A DNA stretch of 64,000 bases from Mogibacterium sp. (GTDB lineage: Bacteria; Bacillota; Clostridia; Peptostreptococcales; Anaerovoracaceae). The notes below the pieces were generated by a model. It saw only the letters and a program-made list of their open reading frames with translations. It searched no databases and was not told where the DNA came from. The translations under genes were made by a program, and so were the position numbers. The stretch covers positions 13,478 through 77,477 of the forward strand of contig JAKSSO010000001.1 in the NCBI GenBank assembly GCA_024403055.1, written 5' to 3'. This document shows positions 47,760-56,685 of this stretch, one piece after another (the stretch's first letter is position 1; each line of letters begins with the position of its first letter).

Positions 47760-50672
47760 ATGAAGTACGAAACATTGTTTTCACCGATGAATATCGGTAA
47801 TCTGACGATCAAAAACAGAATAGTTATGACTGCTGCTGAGTTCAGCCTGGGTGAACCGAGTGGCAAAGCTACACCGCGCTTAGTTGATTATTATGAAGAG
47901 AGAGCTAAGGGCGGTGTTGGTTTAATTATCCCAGGGATATGCAGAGTAAACGACATGGCCGGAGCTGCAACATATACTCAGCTCGCAATGAGCCATGACT
48001 ACCACATCGAGCCTATGCGCCGCATGGTGGAGAGAATGCACAAGCATGGCGCAAAGCTGGCGATCCAGCTGCATCATGCAGGACGTCAGGGTCTGGCAAG
48101 CTCGATCAATTCTCTGCCGGCTGTTATCCCTATTGCAGAGCGTGTGCCAAGCTTTATGGATCTGATGTACAAGTGCACTCCTATGCTCCTGGGCATGGAG
48201 GAAAAGGGTATATGTTTCTCAGTGCAGGCACCTTCGAAGATCGAAGTTCAGCCTCACGGTGCACAGAGAATGCACGCAATGAGTAAGAAGGAGATCCACA
48301 AGCTGCAGAAGGATTTCGTAGATGCAGCAGAGAGGTGCAAGAAGGCAGGCGTTGACGCTGTTGAACTTCACGGAGCGCACGGATATCTGATCCAGCAGTT
48401 CCTGTCGCCTTATACCAATCGCAGAACTGACGAGTACGGCGGCAGCTTTGAGAACCGCATGAGATTCCTCGAAGAGATCGTAGTCGGCATCAAGGAGCGC
48501 TGCGGCAAAGATTATCCTCTTATCGTAAGGCTGACTGTTGATGAGATGTATGCAAGGATAGGAAGGCCGAACGATGGCTATGATCTTGAGACCGGTAAGA
48601 AAATCGCTAAGAGGCTCGAGGAACTTGGCGCTGACGCCATTAATGTTTCCAGTGCATGCTATGACGTATATAACTGCTGGCTCGAACCTACGACTTATGA
48701 GCCGGGTTGGCGTAAGTACCTGGCAAAGGCCATCAAGGAGACCGTAGACATTCCTGTTATCGCTGCCAATGTAATGCGTACACCTGAGCAGGCAGAGCAG
48801 CAGCTCGAAGAGGGATATCAGGACTTCGTTGCTTCGGCAAGAGCGTTTATATGCGACCCGCATTGGCCGGAGAAGGCAGAGTCAGGACATCCTGAAGACA
48901 TTCAGCGCTGCATCGGCTGCCTGAACTGCATACGCTCATTCATGAACAACGCAGGTGAGGGAAAGCCGGGCGAGTGCGCTCTCAACATGAGTATCGCCAA
49001 TGAGGCCGAATACTATCACATGAAGAAAGACGGTGAGGGACGCAAAGTCATCGTTGTCGGAGCCGGTCCGTCGGGACTTACGGCGGCCAAGACAATGGCG
49101 ATGAGAGGCTTTGACGTTGAGATATATGAGAAGGCGGAGAAAGCGGGCGGTCAGGTAATCGCTGCTGCTTCGGGCAATCTCAAGGAGAGACTGTACTGGG
49201 CTATCGAAGATCTTCTGACTGCAGTAAAGAAGGAAGGTGCGCAGGTATTTCTGGGAAAGGAGATCACAGCAGCAGAGATAAAGGCAAGAGATCCGTATGC
49301 AGTTATCGTAGCTGCAGGAGGCACACCTGTAAGACCTAAGTCGATCCCGGGCATCAGCAACGATAACGTTTATGTCGCACCTGATCTGCTTCTCGGAAAA
49401 AGGAAGATCGAGAACAGCAATGTAGTTGTGATAGGTTCCGGAATGACAGGTCTGGAGACAACTGAGTTCCTGAACGACATGGGCAATCACGTTACTGTCG
49501 TGGAGATGGCGGATGAGATCGCACCGGGAGCATGGTTCCAGCTCGTGGATGATGAGATGGAGAGGATCAGCAGATTCGACACGAAGATCCTGACCGGTAC
49601 AAAGCTCTGCGAGATCAATGCAGACAGCGTTAAGGTAGAGGACAAAAACGGAGTTCAGAGCAGTATCAGGGCGGACTACGTTGTTCTGGCCATGGGTGTA
49701 AGACCTGTTAATGGACTGGCCGAAGAACTCAGGGAAATGGGACTGGACAATGTATATTGCACAGGTGATGCTGTCAAAAGCGGAACTATCGCACATGCAT
49801 GCCACAGTGCATACGATACAGTAATGAAAATCGGAAAGTGCAATTTCGATGATAAGGGAGTAAAATTTATGGGAAGCAATAATACAATAAGCGGCAGAAA
49901 TATCGTTATCACTGGTGCTTCCAGCGGAATAGGCAAGGAACTGCTCGACAAGCTGGCGGCAGAGAAGAGCAACACCATTCTTGCTTCGAGCAGAAGCATC
50001 GAGAAACTGACAGGATACGGCAGCAATGTGACTCTGTTTAATGCGGATCTCAGCAGCAAGGAAGGCGTGGACAGACTATTCGAAAAGGCCGAGAGCATGT
50101 TCGGCAAGATCGATCTTGTCATTGCCAATGCAGGAGCTCCGTATTACGAGAAGCTCAATTACGTCAACTGGGACCGCATCACCAATATCTTCAATCTGAA
50201 TACTCTGTCTCCGATATATACTTATACAAAGTATCTGGAGCATCTGAACGGAAGAGAGGGACAGCTGGCGTGGACCATCTCCGCGATGGGCGAGATGGCG
50301 ATACCGGGTTACGCTTTGTACGCAGCGACCAAGTTCGCCATGAAGGGATTCCAGGAAGCCATCAGACTTGAGGCACCTAAGAACCTCAGGCTGACAGCTG
50401 TATATCCGGTATCCACAGCGACCAACTTCTTCAATGTAGGCGGCGGCGGAGTAAAGATGAGCAAGCCGTTCCCTGTACAGGAAGCTGACGTTGTAGCGGA
50501 CAGGATGATAGAGGGTATAGCAAAGGGTAAGAAGCATATCTATCCTTGCAGGATATTCAGACCGTCCAAGCTGCTGATGAATACAGTTCCGCCTGTTAAG
50601 GCATTCTACTGGGGCATTGAGAAAAAGAGACTCAATAACTTCCTCAAGAGAAAGGAAAAAGAAGTAAAATAG
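47760..50672 (+). CDS. Fusion protein: OYE-like FMN/[4Fe-4S]/FAD enoate- or 2,4-dienoyl-CoA-reductase-type (BaiH/BaiCD-like) enzyme (aa 1-~690) plus a complete short-chain dehydrogenase/reductase (aa ~704-970)
   Basis: OYE N-terminus (NRIVMTA, HGAHGYLIQQFLSP), CIGCLNCI...C cluster, GAGPSGL and GSGMTGLE dinucleotide motifs. These are followed by the SDR motifs TGASSGIG, NAG and YAATK. Confidence 0.85.
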   Translation: MKYETLFSPMNIGNLTIKNRIVMTAAEFSLGEPSGKATPRLVDYYEERAKGGVGLIIPGICRVNDMAGAATYTQLAMSHDYHIEPMRRMVERMHKHGAKLAIQLHHAGRQGLASSINSLPAVIPIAERVPSFMDLMYKCTPMLLGMEEKGICFSVQAPSKIEVQPHGAQRMHAMSKKEIHKLQKDFVDAAERCKKAGVDAVELHGAHGYLIQQFLSPYTNRRTDEYGGSFENRMRFLEEIVVGIKERCGKDYPLIVRLTVDEMYARIGRPNDGYDLETGKKIAKRLEELGADAINVSSACYDVYNCWLEPTTYEPGWRKYLAKAIKETVDIPVIAANVMRTPEQAEQQLEEGYQDFVASARAFICDPHWPEKAESGHPEDIQRCIGCLNCIRSFMNNAGEGKPGECALNMSIANEAEYYHMKKDGEGRKVIVVGAGPSGLTAAKTMAMRGFDVEIYEKAEKAGGQVIAAASGNLKERLYWAIEDLLTAVKKEGAQVFLGKEITAAEIKARDPYAVIVAAGGTPVRPKSIPGISNDNVYVAPDLLLGKRKIENSNVVVIGSGMTGLETTEFLNDMGNHVTVVEMADEIAPGAWFQLVDDEMERISRFDTKILTGTKLCEINADSVKVEDKNGVQSSIRADYVVLAMGVRPVNGLAEELREMGLDNVYCTGDAVKSGTIAHACHSAYDTVMKIGKCNFDDKGVKFMGSNNTISGRNIVITGASSGIGKELLDKLAAEKSNTILASSRSIEKLTGYGSNVTLFNADLSSKEGVDRLFEKAESMFGKIDLVIANAGAPYYEKLNYVNWDRITNIFNLNTLSPIYTYTKYLEHLNGREGQLAWTISAMGEMAIPGYALYAATKFAMKGFQEAIRLEAPKNLRLTAVYPVSTATNFFNVGGGGVKMSKPFPVQEADVVADRMIEGIAKGKKHIYPCRIFRPSKLLMNTVPPVKAFYWGIEKKRLNNFLKRKEKEVK

Positions 50673-50727
50673 AAGAGAACAACAAGAGAACCGGTTAATG
50701 CCAATGTTACAGTGAAAGGAGATCACT

Positions 50728-51891
50728 ATGGCTAATATTCATGACATTACTAGAGATCAGTGGATGCTCAGAGGCCCTCTTGCAAAGAAGGGATATGACT
50801 GGTGGTGGCATTCACTTACAGCAGAAAATGCAGAGACAGGCGAGCTGAAGCCTTTCTATGTTGAATTCTTTACATGCAACCCGGCATGGGCTCAGCCTGA
50901 ACCTGTTATCGTATGGAACGATCCTGCAAAACAGCAGGCAGGTGTTCTCCCGTCATATCTGATGGTAAATGTAGGTTTCTGGGGAGCTCCGGAAAAGGGT
51001 CAGCTGCACAGATTCTTCTCTCTTAAGAATACAGAAGTACATGCGGATGCACCGTACAGCATCAAGGCGGCAGATTGCTACTGCAGTGAGACTCATACTG
51101 AAGGTTCTGTAAAGGTTACTCCTGAAGAGGCTGCGGCACATCCTGAATGGATGACCGATGCCGGTGAGATGAGCTGGAACCTCGACATTAAGAAGGAAAT
51201 CGCTTTCCACGTCGGATACGGCGCAAGCAAATTCTTCAGAGCAATCAATGCATTCGAGATGTTCTGGCATGCAGAGGGAATGAAGACGAGCTACAGCGGC
51301 GAGATCATTCTCAACGGAGTGAAGTACATCGTTAAGCCTGAGACCTGCAACGGATATGCTGACAAGAACTGGGGCGGCGATTTCACGAGCCCATGGGTAT
51401 GGCTGTCATCCAACAAGCTGACAAGTCAGATCAGCGGAAAGAAGCTGATGAATTCCGTATTCAATATCGGCGGCGGAAGACCGAAGATCTACTTCTTCGC
51501 ACTCGACAGAAAGCTCCTGGGTGAGTTCTTCTATGAAGGCAAGGATTATGAGTTCAACTTCTCCAAGTTCTGGACGCTGTCACGCACCAAATTCGACTGT
51601 TGGGAGACTGATGATGAGATCCACTGGCATGTAGTTCAGACAACTAAGGATTCCAAACTGGATACAAATATCAGATGTGCCAAGGCGGATATGCTGAATA
51701 TCAGATACGAGGCACCAACGGGCTACAAGAAGCACAACAGACTTTGGAACGGCGGCAATGGTACAGGAACTCTCAAGCTGTACAAGAGATCACTGTTCGG
51801 CGGCAAGGAAGAACTGATAGATGAGGTATATGCAGAGGGCATTGGATGCGAATTCGGTGAATACTGCGACCCTGAAATGACAGTTTACTAA
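50728..51891 (+). CDS. Tocopherol-cyclase-like family protein (function unknown in bacteria)
   Basis: ADKNWGGDFTSPWVWLSSN resembles the EKNWG..FP..W.W.Q.N signature of tocopherol cyclase. WWWHS near the N-terminus. Confidence 0.45.
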   Translation: MANIHDITRDQWMLRGPLAKKGYDWWWHSLTAENAETGELKPFYVEFFTCNPAWAQPEPVIVWNDPAKQQAGVLPSYLMVNVGFWGAPEKGQLHRFFSLKNTEVHADAPYSIKAADCYCSETHTEGSVKVTPEEAAAHPEWMTDAGEMSWNLDIKKEIAFHVGYGASKFFRAINAFEMFWHAEGMKTSYSGEIILNGVKYIVKPETCNGYADKNWGGDFTSPWVWLSSNKLTSQISGKKLMNSVFNIGGGRPKIYFFALDRKLLGEFFYEGKDYEFNFSKFWTLSRTKFDCWETDDEIHWHVVQTTKDSKLDTNIRCAKADMLNIRYEAPTGYKKHNRLWNGGNGTGTLKLYKRSLFGGKEELIDEVYAEGIGCEFGEYCDPEMTVY

Positions 51892-51919
51892 AAATCAATT
51901 TGAGAAAAGGAGCAAATGC

Positions 51920-53899
51920 ATGAAGTCCTGCATGGGAAAGATCCTGGTCGTTGATCTGACGGCGGGGACTACGGCGGTTGAAAAAATACCGGAAGAGGTA
52001 TATGAAAAAGTGCTCTCGGGAAAAGGTCTGGGTGCATGGTATCTGTACAAGAATATTCCGGTGGGAGCAGATCTGATGGGGCCTGACAATATTCTGGGAT
52101 TCTGTTCAGGTGCACTGACGGGAACCGGTGCGTTCATGACCGGTCGATTTACTGGTGTATGCAAGAGCCCTCTGACCGGAGGATGGGGAGATGCCAACTG
52201 CGGAGGAGTTTTCTCACCGGCGATCAAGCAGTGCGGCTATGATGCGATCTTCTTCAAGGGCGTCTCAGAGAAGCCGGTATATCTGTATTGCGACAACAGC
52301 AAGGCAGAGATCAGGGATGCTTCCGAATACTGGGGCCTTGATGCGACTGAAGCTGAGGCCAGACTGCAGGCGGACTGCAAGACTAAGAAAAAACCTTGTG
52401 TTGCTCTGATCGGTCAGGCCGGCGAGAAAATGTCACTGATATCGGGCATCTGCAATGAGGGCGGAAGGATCGCAGCAAGAAGCGGAGTCGGTGCTGTCAT
52501 GGGCAGCAAGAAGCTCAAGGCGGTAGTGCTCGCAGGAAGCAAGCCTATGCCATGTGCTGACAGGGAAAAGGTAATGGCACTGTCCAGAGAACTTGGACGC
52601 AAGATCAATAAAATGACCTTACCTTCACATATTGGTGCGAGTCTGGCATTGGGCGGAGCCGGTATGGGAATGATGCCTTCGATGCCGCTGGACGGATCGA
52701 TAACGAGCCTGATATTCAGGGAGTGGGGCACACCTTCGAATACACCGATGGCTATTATGAGCGGTGACGGACCTCTCAAGAACTGGGGCGCAGGTCCTGC
52801 AGAGGCCAAAGGCGTTAAAATGGCACTTGCCTACAACCCTGACAAGATAAATAAGATAGAGACTGTAAAATACCACTGCTATTCATGTCCTCTCGGATGT
52901 GGCGGCAAGCTGGATATCAGAAAGATAAAAGAAGCAGAGAATGAGTTCCCGGAGACACATAAGCCGGAGTATGAGACCATCCAGGCCTTCGGTCCGCTCT
53001 GCATCAATGATGATCTGGACTCCATACTGTATCTGAATGAGCTCCTGAACAGAGCCGGAATGGATTCGATATCGGCGGGCAATACTGTTGCCTGGGCTAT
53101 CGAGTGCTATGAGAACGGCATCCTGACTAAGGAACAGACGGATGGACTGGAACTGACATGGGGTAATGCGGACGCCATCATTGAACTGACTAAGAAGATG
53201 ATAGCTCGCGACGGCTTTGGCAATGATCTTGCTGATGGAGTAAAGAGAGCTGCTGCAAAATACGGCGGCGAAGAGTTCGCAATGCATGTCGGCGGACAGG
53301 AGCCGGGAATGCATGATGCGAGAAATGATGCACAGCTGGGTGTTCACTTTGTTGCTGAGCCGGCACCTGGCAAACACACAATAGGAATGGCGATCCAGTA
53401 CGGAGCAATGTCGTTATGTGATATCTGCTCATGGGCACCTCCGGCAACAATGCACAGCAAGGCTGAGGATCTTGAGCCGACAGAGAAGAATGCCATGATA
53501 TCCAAAGCGAATGCGGCTTATTCCATGCTCGTCGATGGTGCGGGCGGATGCTATTACGGCGAGATGATGGGCGTTCACATGTGGAAGCTCATCGATTATC
53601 TGAATGCAGCTGCAGGATGGAATTACGGCGGAGACCACTACATGGATATTGGAGTAAGGATCCAGACCATAAGACAGATGTTCAATATCAAGCACGGATA
53701 CATGCCGGCAGATGTTAAGCTGCCTGGAAGAATGGCTGGCGAGCCGGCACTTAAGACAGGTCCTCTCAAGGGTATAACACTTAAGAACAGGGAACAGGTT
53801 GCAATGCAATGGAAAGCATTCGGTTGGGATGAGAAGACCGGCGAGCCGCTTCCTAAAACTATCAGAGAGCTTGGCATTGACAAGCTGATGGAGGTGTAG
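51920..53899 (+). CDS. Aldehyde:ferredoxin oxidoreductase family (tungsto/molybdopterin, [4Fe-4S])
   Basis: GKILVVDLT N-terminus, GKGLGAWYL, SPLTGGWGDAN, RSGVGAVMGSKKLKAVV, cluster motif CYSCPLGC (CxxCxxxC), LVDGAGGC. Confidence 0.92.
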   Translation: MKSCMGKILVVDLTAGTTAVEKIPEEVYEKVLSGKGLGAWYLYKNIPVGADLMGPDNILGFCSGALTGTGAFMTGRFTGVCKSPLTGGWGDANCGGVFSPAIKQCGYDAIFFKGVSEKPVYLYCDNSKAEIRDASEYWGLDATEAEARLQADCKTKKKPCVALIGQAGEKMSLISGICNEGGRIAARSGVGAVMGSKKLKAVVLAGSKPMPCADREKVMALSRELGRKINKMTLPSHIGASLALGGAGMGMMPSMPLDGSITSLIFREWGTPSNTPMAIMSGDGPLKNWGAGPAEAKGVKMALAYNPDKINKIETVKYHCYSCPLGCGGKLDIRKIKEAENEFPETHKPEYETIQAFGPLCINDDLDSILYLNELLNRAGMDSISAGNTVAWAIECYENGILTKEQTDGLELTWGNADAIIELTKKMIARDGFGNDLADGVKRAAAKYGGEEFAMHVGGQEPGMHDARNDAQLGVHFVAEPAPGKHTIGMAIQYGAMSLCDICSWAPPATMHSKAEDLEPTEKNAMISKANAAYSMLVDGAGGCYYGEMMGVHMWKLIDYLNAAAGWNYGGDHYMDIGVRIQTIRQMFNIKHGYMPADVKLPGRMAGEPALKTGPLKGITLKNREQVAMQWKAFGWDEKTGEPLPKTIRELGIDKLMEV

Positions 53900-53901
53900 T
53901 C

Positions 53902-54135
53902 ATGAAGGCAAAAACAGTACCGAGTTTTAAATACAATAATTGCGTGAATTGCGGTATCTGCGTTCAGGCATGCCCTGTTTCAGCGATCGACATGACTCGC
54001 GTGGGAAAAAACGGGAAGTATGCTAATGTATTTCCTGAGCTTGTGGACTACGATGGATGCATCGGATGCAGGATGTGTGTTTCGAGTTGTCCGATGGCTT
54101 GCATAGACATGGCTGCATTTTACAGGGAGCAGTAA
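53902..54135 (+). CDS. 2x[4Fe-4S] ferredoxin-domain protein (probable AOR electron-transfer partner)
   Basis: CVNCGICVQACP and CIGCRMCVSSCP. Confidence 0.85.
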   Translation: MKAKTVPSFKYNNCVNCGICVQACPVSAIDMTRVGKNGKYANVFPELVDYDGCIGCRMCVSSCPMACIDMAAFYREQ

Positions 54136-54173
54136 CCTTTGCGGCAGATTTTCAGAGAAAGAAGGCGTTGATA

Positions 54174-54407
54174 ATGAGAGTCAAAGTGTTCCCACCGATA
54201 GGATGCGACAGGAGCAGACTGGATGAGCGAGGCTGGATGGAAGTACCGGAAGGCAGCACGGTCAATGATGTACTGAAACTGATCAGATGCAACCCGGTCA
54301 AAGCGAAGGTGATGATGGTCAGTGTAAATGGCGAGAAGACCGAGCTCAGGAGAAAGCTCTGCGATGGCGATGTGATCGGATTTTTTTCGCTTGTATCCGG
54401 CGGATAG
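54174..54407 (+). CDS. MoaD/ThiS-family ubiquitin-like sulfur carrier (77 aa, C-terminal Gly-Gly)
   Basis: Ends ...GFFSLVSGG*. Beta-grasp-sized with GDVI near the C-terminus. ATG 54174 lies after the ferredoxin stop; the ORF-track start 54057 overlaps the ferredoxin. Confidence 0.7.
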   Translation: MRVKVFPPIGCDRSRLDERGWMEVPEGSTVNDVLKLIRCNPVKAKVMMVSVNGEKTELRRKLCDGDVIGFFSLVSGG

Positions 54408-54424
54408 AAAGACAATACAAAGCT

Positions 54425-54449
54425 AAAGCCGACAAATGTCGGCTTTTTT
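54425..54449 (+). terminator. Terminator of the AOR operon
   Basis: AAAGCCGACA / TGTCGGCTTT stem followed by a T-run. Confidence 0.85.
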
Positions 54450-54505
54450 ATAGAAAAAAACTATGGGATACTGTTTTTCCTGCATGTTACAATCCAACTC
54501 GGGTC

Positions 54506-55651
54506 ATGAAAAAAGATAATAAAGATAGAAAAATATATTTAATAAGACATGGTGAACCGGAGGTTCCCGCTTTTGGGCGTTTCTTCTACAGTGCCACGGA
54601 TTATCCGTTGAGCCACGATGGGAGGATAGAAGCCGGACAGACTGCCGAATGGCTGAATGAACAATGTCTCTCGTGTGCGACTGTCGTATCCAGCCCGCTT
54701 AAGAGAAGCAGACAGACTGCAGAGTACATTGCAGACCGAATCGGCACTTCGGTGATCACGGACGAACGTTTTCGTGAAATAAGCTGCGGAGAGTGGGAAG
54801 GCCTGACTTTTGACGAAGTAATGGAGAGATATCCTGATGAGTTTGCTTCGAGAGGCAAGGCCCTTGCAAGCTACAGGATCCCCGGAGGAGAGAGCTTTTT
54901 CGAGGCGGGAGCACGTTTTGGCGAGGCTCTTGCGGAGATATACAACAGATATGACGGAGATATTATCATTGTCGCTCATGCAGGAGTAATAAGGGGATAT
55001 CTTCTCGGATGCGACGTTATTGATGATCCTGACGATCTGTTCAGTATTCCGATGCCGTACGCAGGCATAACGATCCTGAATAACGGTAAGCCTGAAAAGG
55101 TAGGGTTTAAGCCGCTGCATTTCCTGAATGAGACTCAGATACAGAGAATATACAGGAAATGGGAAGTGCCTGATCATATAATAAGACACATGAAGGGCGT
55201 TGCGGATTATCAGGATGAGCTGCTAGATCGTCTCGAGGAGAAAGGCATTCGGTATGACAGGGATGCTTTACGCAAGGCTGCACTTCTCCATGATATCAGG
55301 CGACTGTACCCAGATCATGCCGAGGAAGCTGGCACTTTCATGCGTGAATGGGGATACTCGGAGGTAGCTTCTCTGATCGCAAATCATCATAGTGCTTGCT
55401 CTTATGAGATCGCGGAAGGAAACGAAATATCGGGCTGCGGAAATGATGAGCGACTGCTGCATGCAGAGGACATACTGTTTTACGCGGACAAAAGAGTTCG
55501 CGAGGACAGCGTAGTAAGTGTAGCAGAGCGGTTTGAAGCCAGTAGGGGAAATTGCACAACTCCTGAGGCTGTTGAAAAACACGCGTTACTATATAACAGG
55601 TCTGTTCAAATTGAAAAGAAGATAGTAGAGATCCTGAAAGGAGAAATATAA
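54506..55651 (+). CDS. Fusion: histidine-phosphatase (PGM/CobC-like) domain plus HD-domain phosphohydrolase
   Basis: IYLIRHGEPE (RHG motif), IIVAHAGVIR, then AALLHDIRR (HD motif). ATG 54506 lies downstream of the terminator. Confidence 0.75.
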   Translation: MKKDNKDRKIYLIRHGEPEVPAFGRFFYSATDYPLSHDGRIEAGQTAEWLNEQCLSCATVVSSPLKRSRQTAEYIADRIGTSVITDERFREISCGEWEGLTFDEVMERYPDEFASRGKALASYRIPGGESFFEAGARFGEALAEIYNRYDGDIIIVAHAGVIRGYLLGCDVIDDPDDLFSIPMPYAGITILNNGKPEKVGFKPLHFLNETQIQRIYRKWEVPDHIIRHMKGVADYQDELLDRLEEKGIRYDRDALRKAALLHDIRRLYPDHAEEAGTFMREWGYSEVASLIANHHSACSYEIAEGNEISGCGNDERLLHAEDILFYADKRVREDSVVSVAERFEASRGNCTTPEAVEKHALLYNRSVQIEKKIVEILKGEI

Positions 55652-55653
55652 GA

Positions 55654-56685
55654 ATGAACGATATATTCTCGAGAATATCACATCTGCATGACAAGGGACA
55701 GGACATGGTCCTTGTTACTATCATAGAAGAGGCGGGATCGAGCCCAAGAGGAACAGGCTCGCAGATGCTTATCAGCCCGGAAGGCCAGATATGTGGAACC
55801 ATCGGCGGCGGCGCTGTCGAAAAACGTTCTGAGGAATACGCACTGCAGCTGCTTAAAGAGAAGAGATCTGCGGTCCGCAAGTACGAACTGAGATCGGGCG
55901 TTGAGCAGGATATCGGAATGGAATGCGGTGGTGATGTGACAGTATTCTTCCAGTATATCGATTATGATGATAATGGCTGGAAGGAGCTTGCTGACGAGCT
56001 CACCTCTAAAATCGGAAGAAGAGAAGCAGGATGGCTGGTCCTGAATATGGACGGAACACTTCCTGCACTTTTCAATGATGACGGAAGCGTTGCATATGCT
56101 GCAGAAGACAAAATGGTAGAGTGCAGATTTGGAGATGGAGCCACACTTGCAGATGGAACTTTTTCAATGCCTCTTCCGGTAGGTGAGCGAGTGCTGCTAT
56201 GTGGCGGTGGCCATGTGGCAAAAGCTCTTGCACCTGTACTGCATAGTGTAGGTTTTCGTATCTGTGTAATGGATGAACGTGAAGAGTTTGTAACAGCGGA
56301 GCGTTTCCCGATGGCGGAAAGACGCATTGCCGGTGATTTCAGCAGACTGGATGAATACTTCAATATTAATTCGAATGACTATGTAGTTGTCATGACAAAC
56401 GGACATGTGCATGATTATGAAGTTGAGGAACGTGTGCTGAGGCATGAAACTGCATATGTGGGAGTGATCGGTTCCGCTTCCAAGACAGCCTCTGTAAACG
56501 AGAGGCTCCGTGCTGCGGGTATCGAAGAGGAAATGATCAATTTTGTCCACACACCGATCGGATTGAATATCAAGTCGGTAACACCTGAGGAGATCGCGGT
56601 AAGCATTGCTGCTGAGATGATCCTTGTAAGAGGTGAAAGAAGAGAACGTTTCGGTAAATTAAGCAATGCCTGTCCCATGAGATAA
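55654..56685 (+). CDS. XdhC/CoxI-family molybdo-/tungsto-enzyme maturation protein
   Basis: N-terminal VLVTIIEEAGSSPRGTGSQMLI...GTIGGGAVE and Rossmann region LLCGGGHVAKALAPV. Confidence 0.85.
   Translation: MNDIFSRISHLHDKGQDMVLVTIIEEAGSSPRGTGSQMLISPEGQICGTIGGGAVEKRSEEYALQLLKEKRSAVRKYELRSGVEQDIGMECGGDVTVFFQYIDYDDNGWKELADELTSKIGRREAGWLVLNMDGTLPALFNDDGSVAYAAEDKMVECRFGDGATLADGTFSMPLPVGERVLLCGGGHVAKALAPVLHSVGFRICVMDEREEFVTAERFPMAERRIAGDFSRLDEYFNINSNDYVVVMTNGHVHDYEVEERVLRHETAYVGVIGSASKTASVNERLRAAGIEEEMINFVHTPIGLNIKSVTPEEIAVSIAAEMILVRGERRERFGKLSNACPMR

Noticed and set aside
54057-54173. Longer 116-aa version of the MoaD-like ORF
   Set aside because: The extension overlaps the ferredoxin gene in another frame and has no RBS. 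ATG 54174 gives a 77-aa beta-grasp-sized protein.
54287-54505. N-terminal 73-codon extension of the histidine-phosphatase/HD ORF
   Set aside because: It would overlap the MoaD-like gene and read straight through the strong terminator at 54425-54449. The family-typical start KIYLIRHGE follows ATG 54506.
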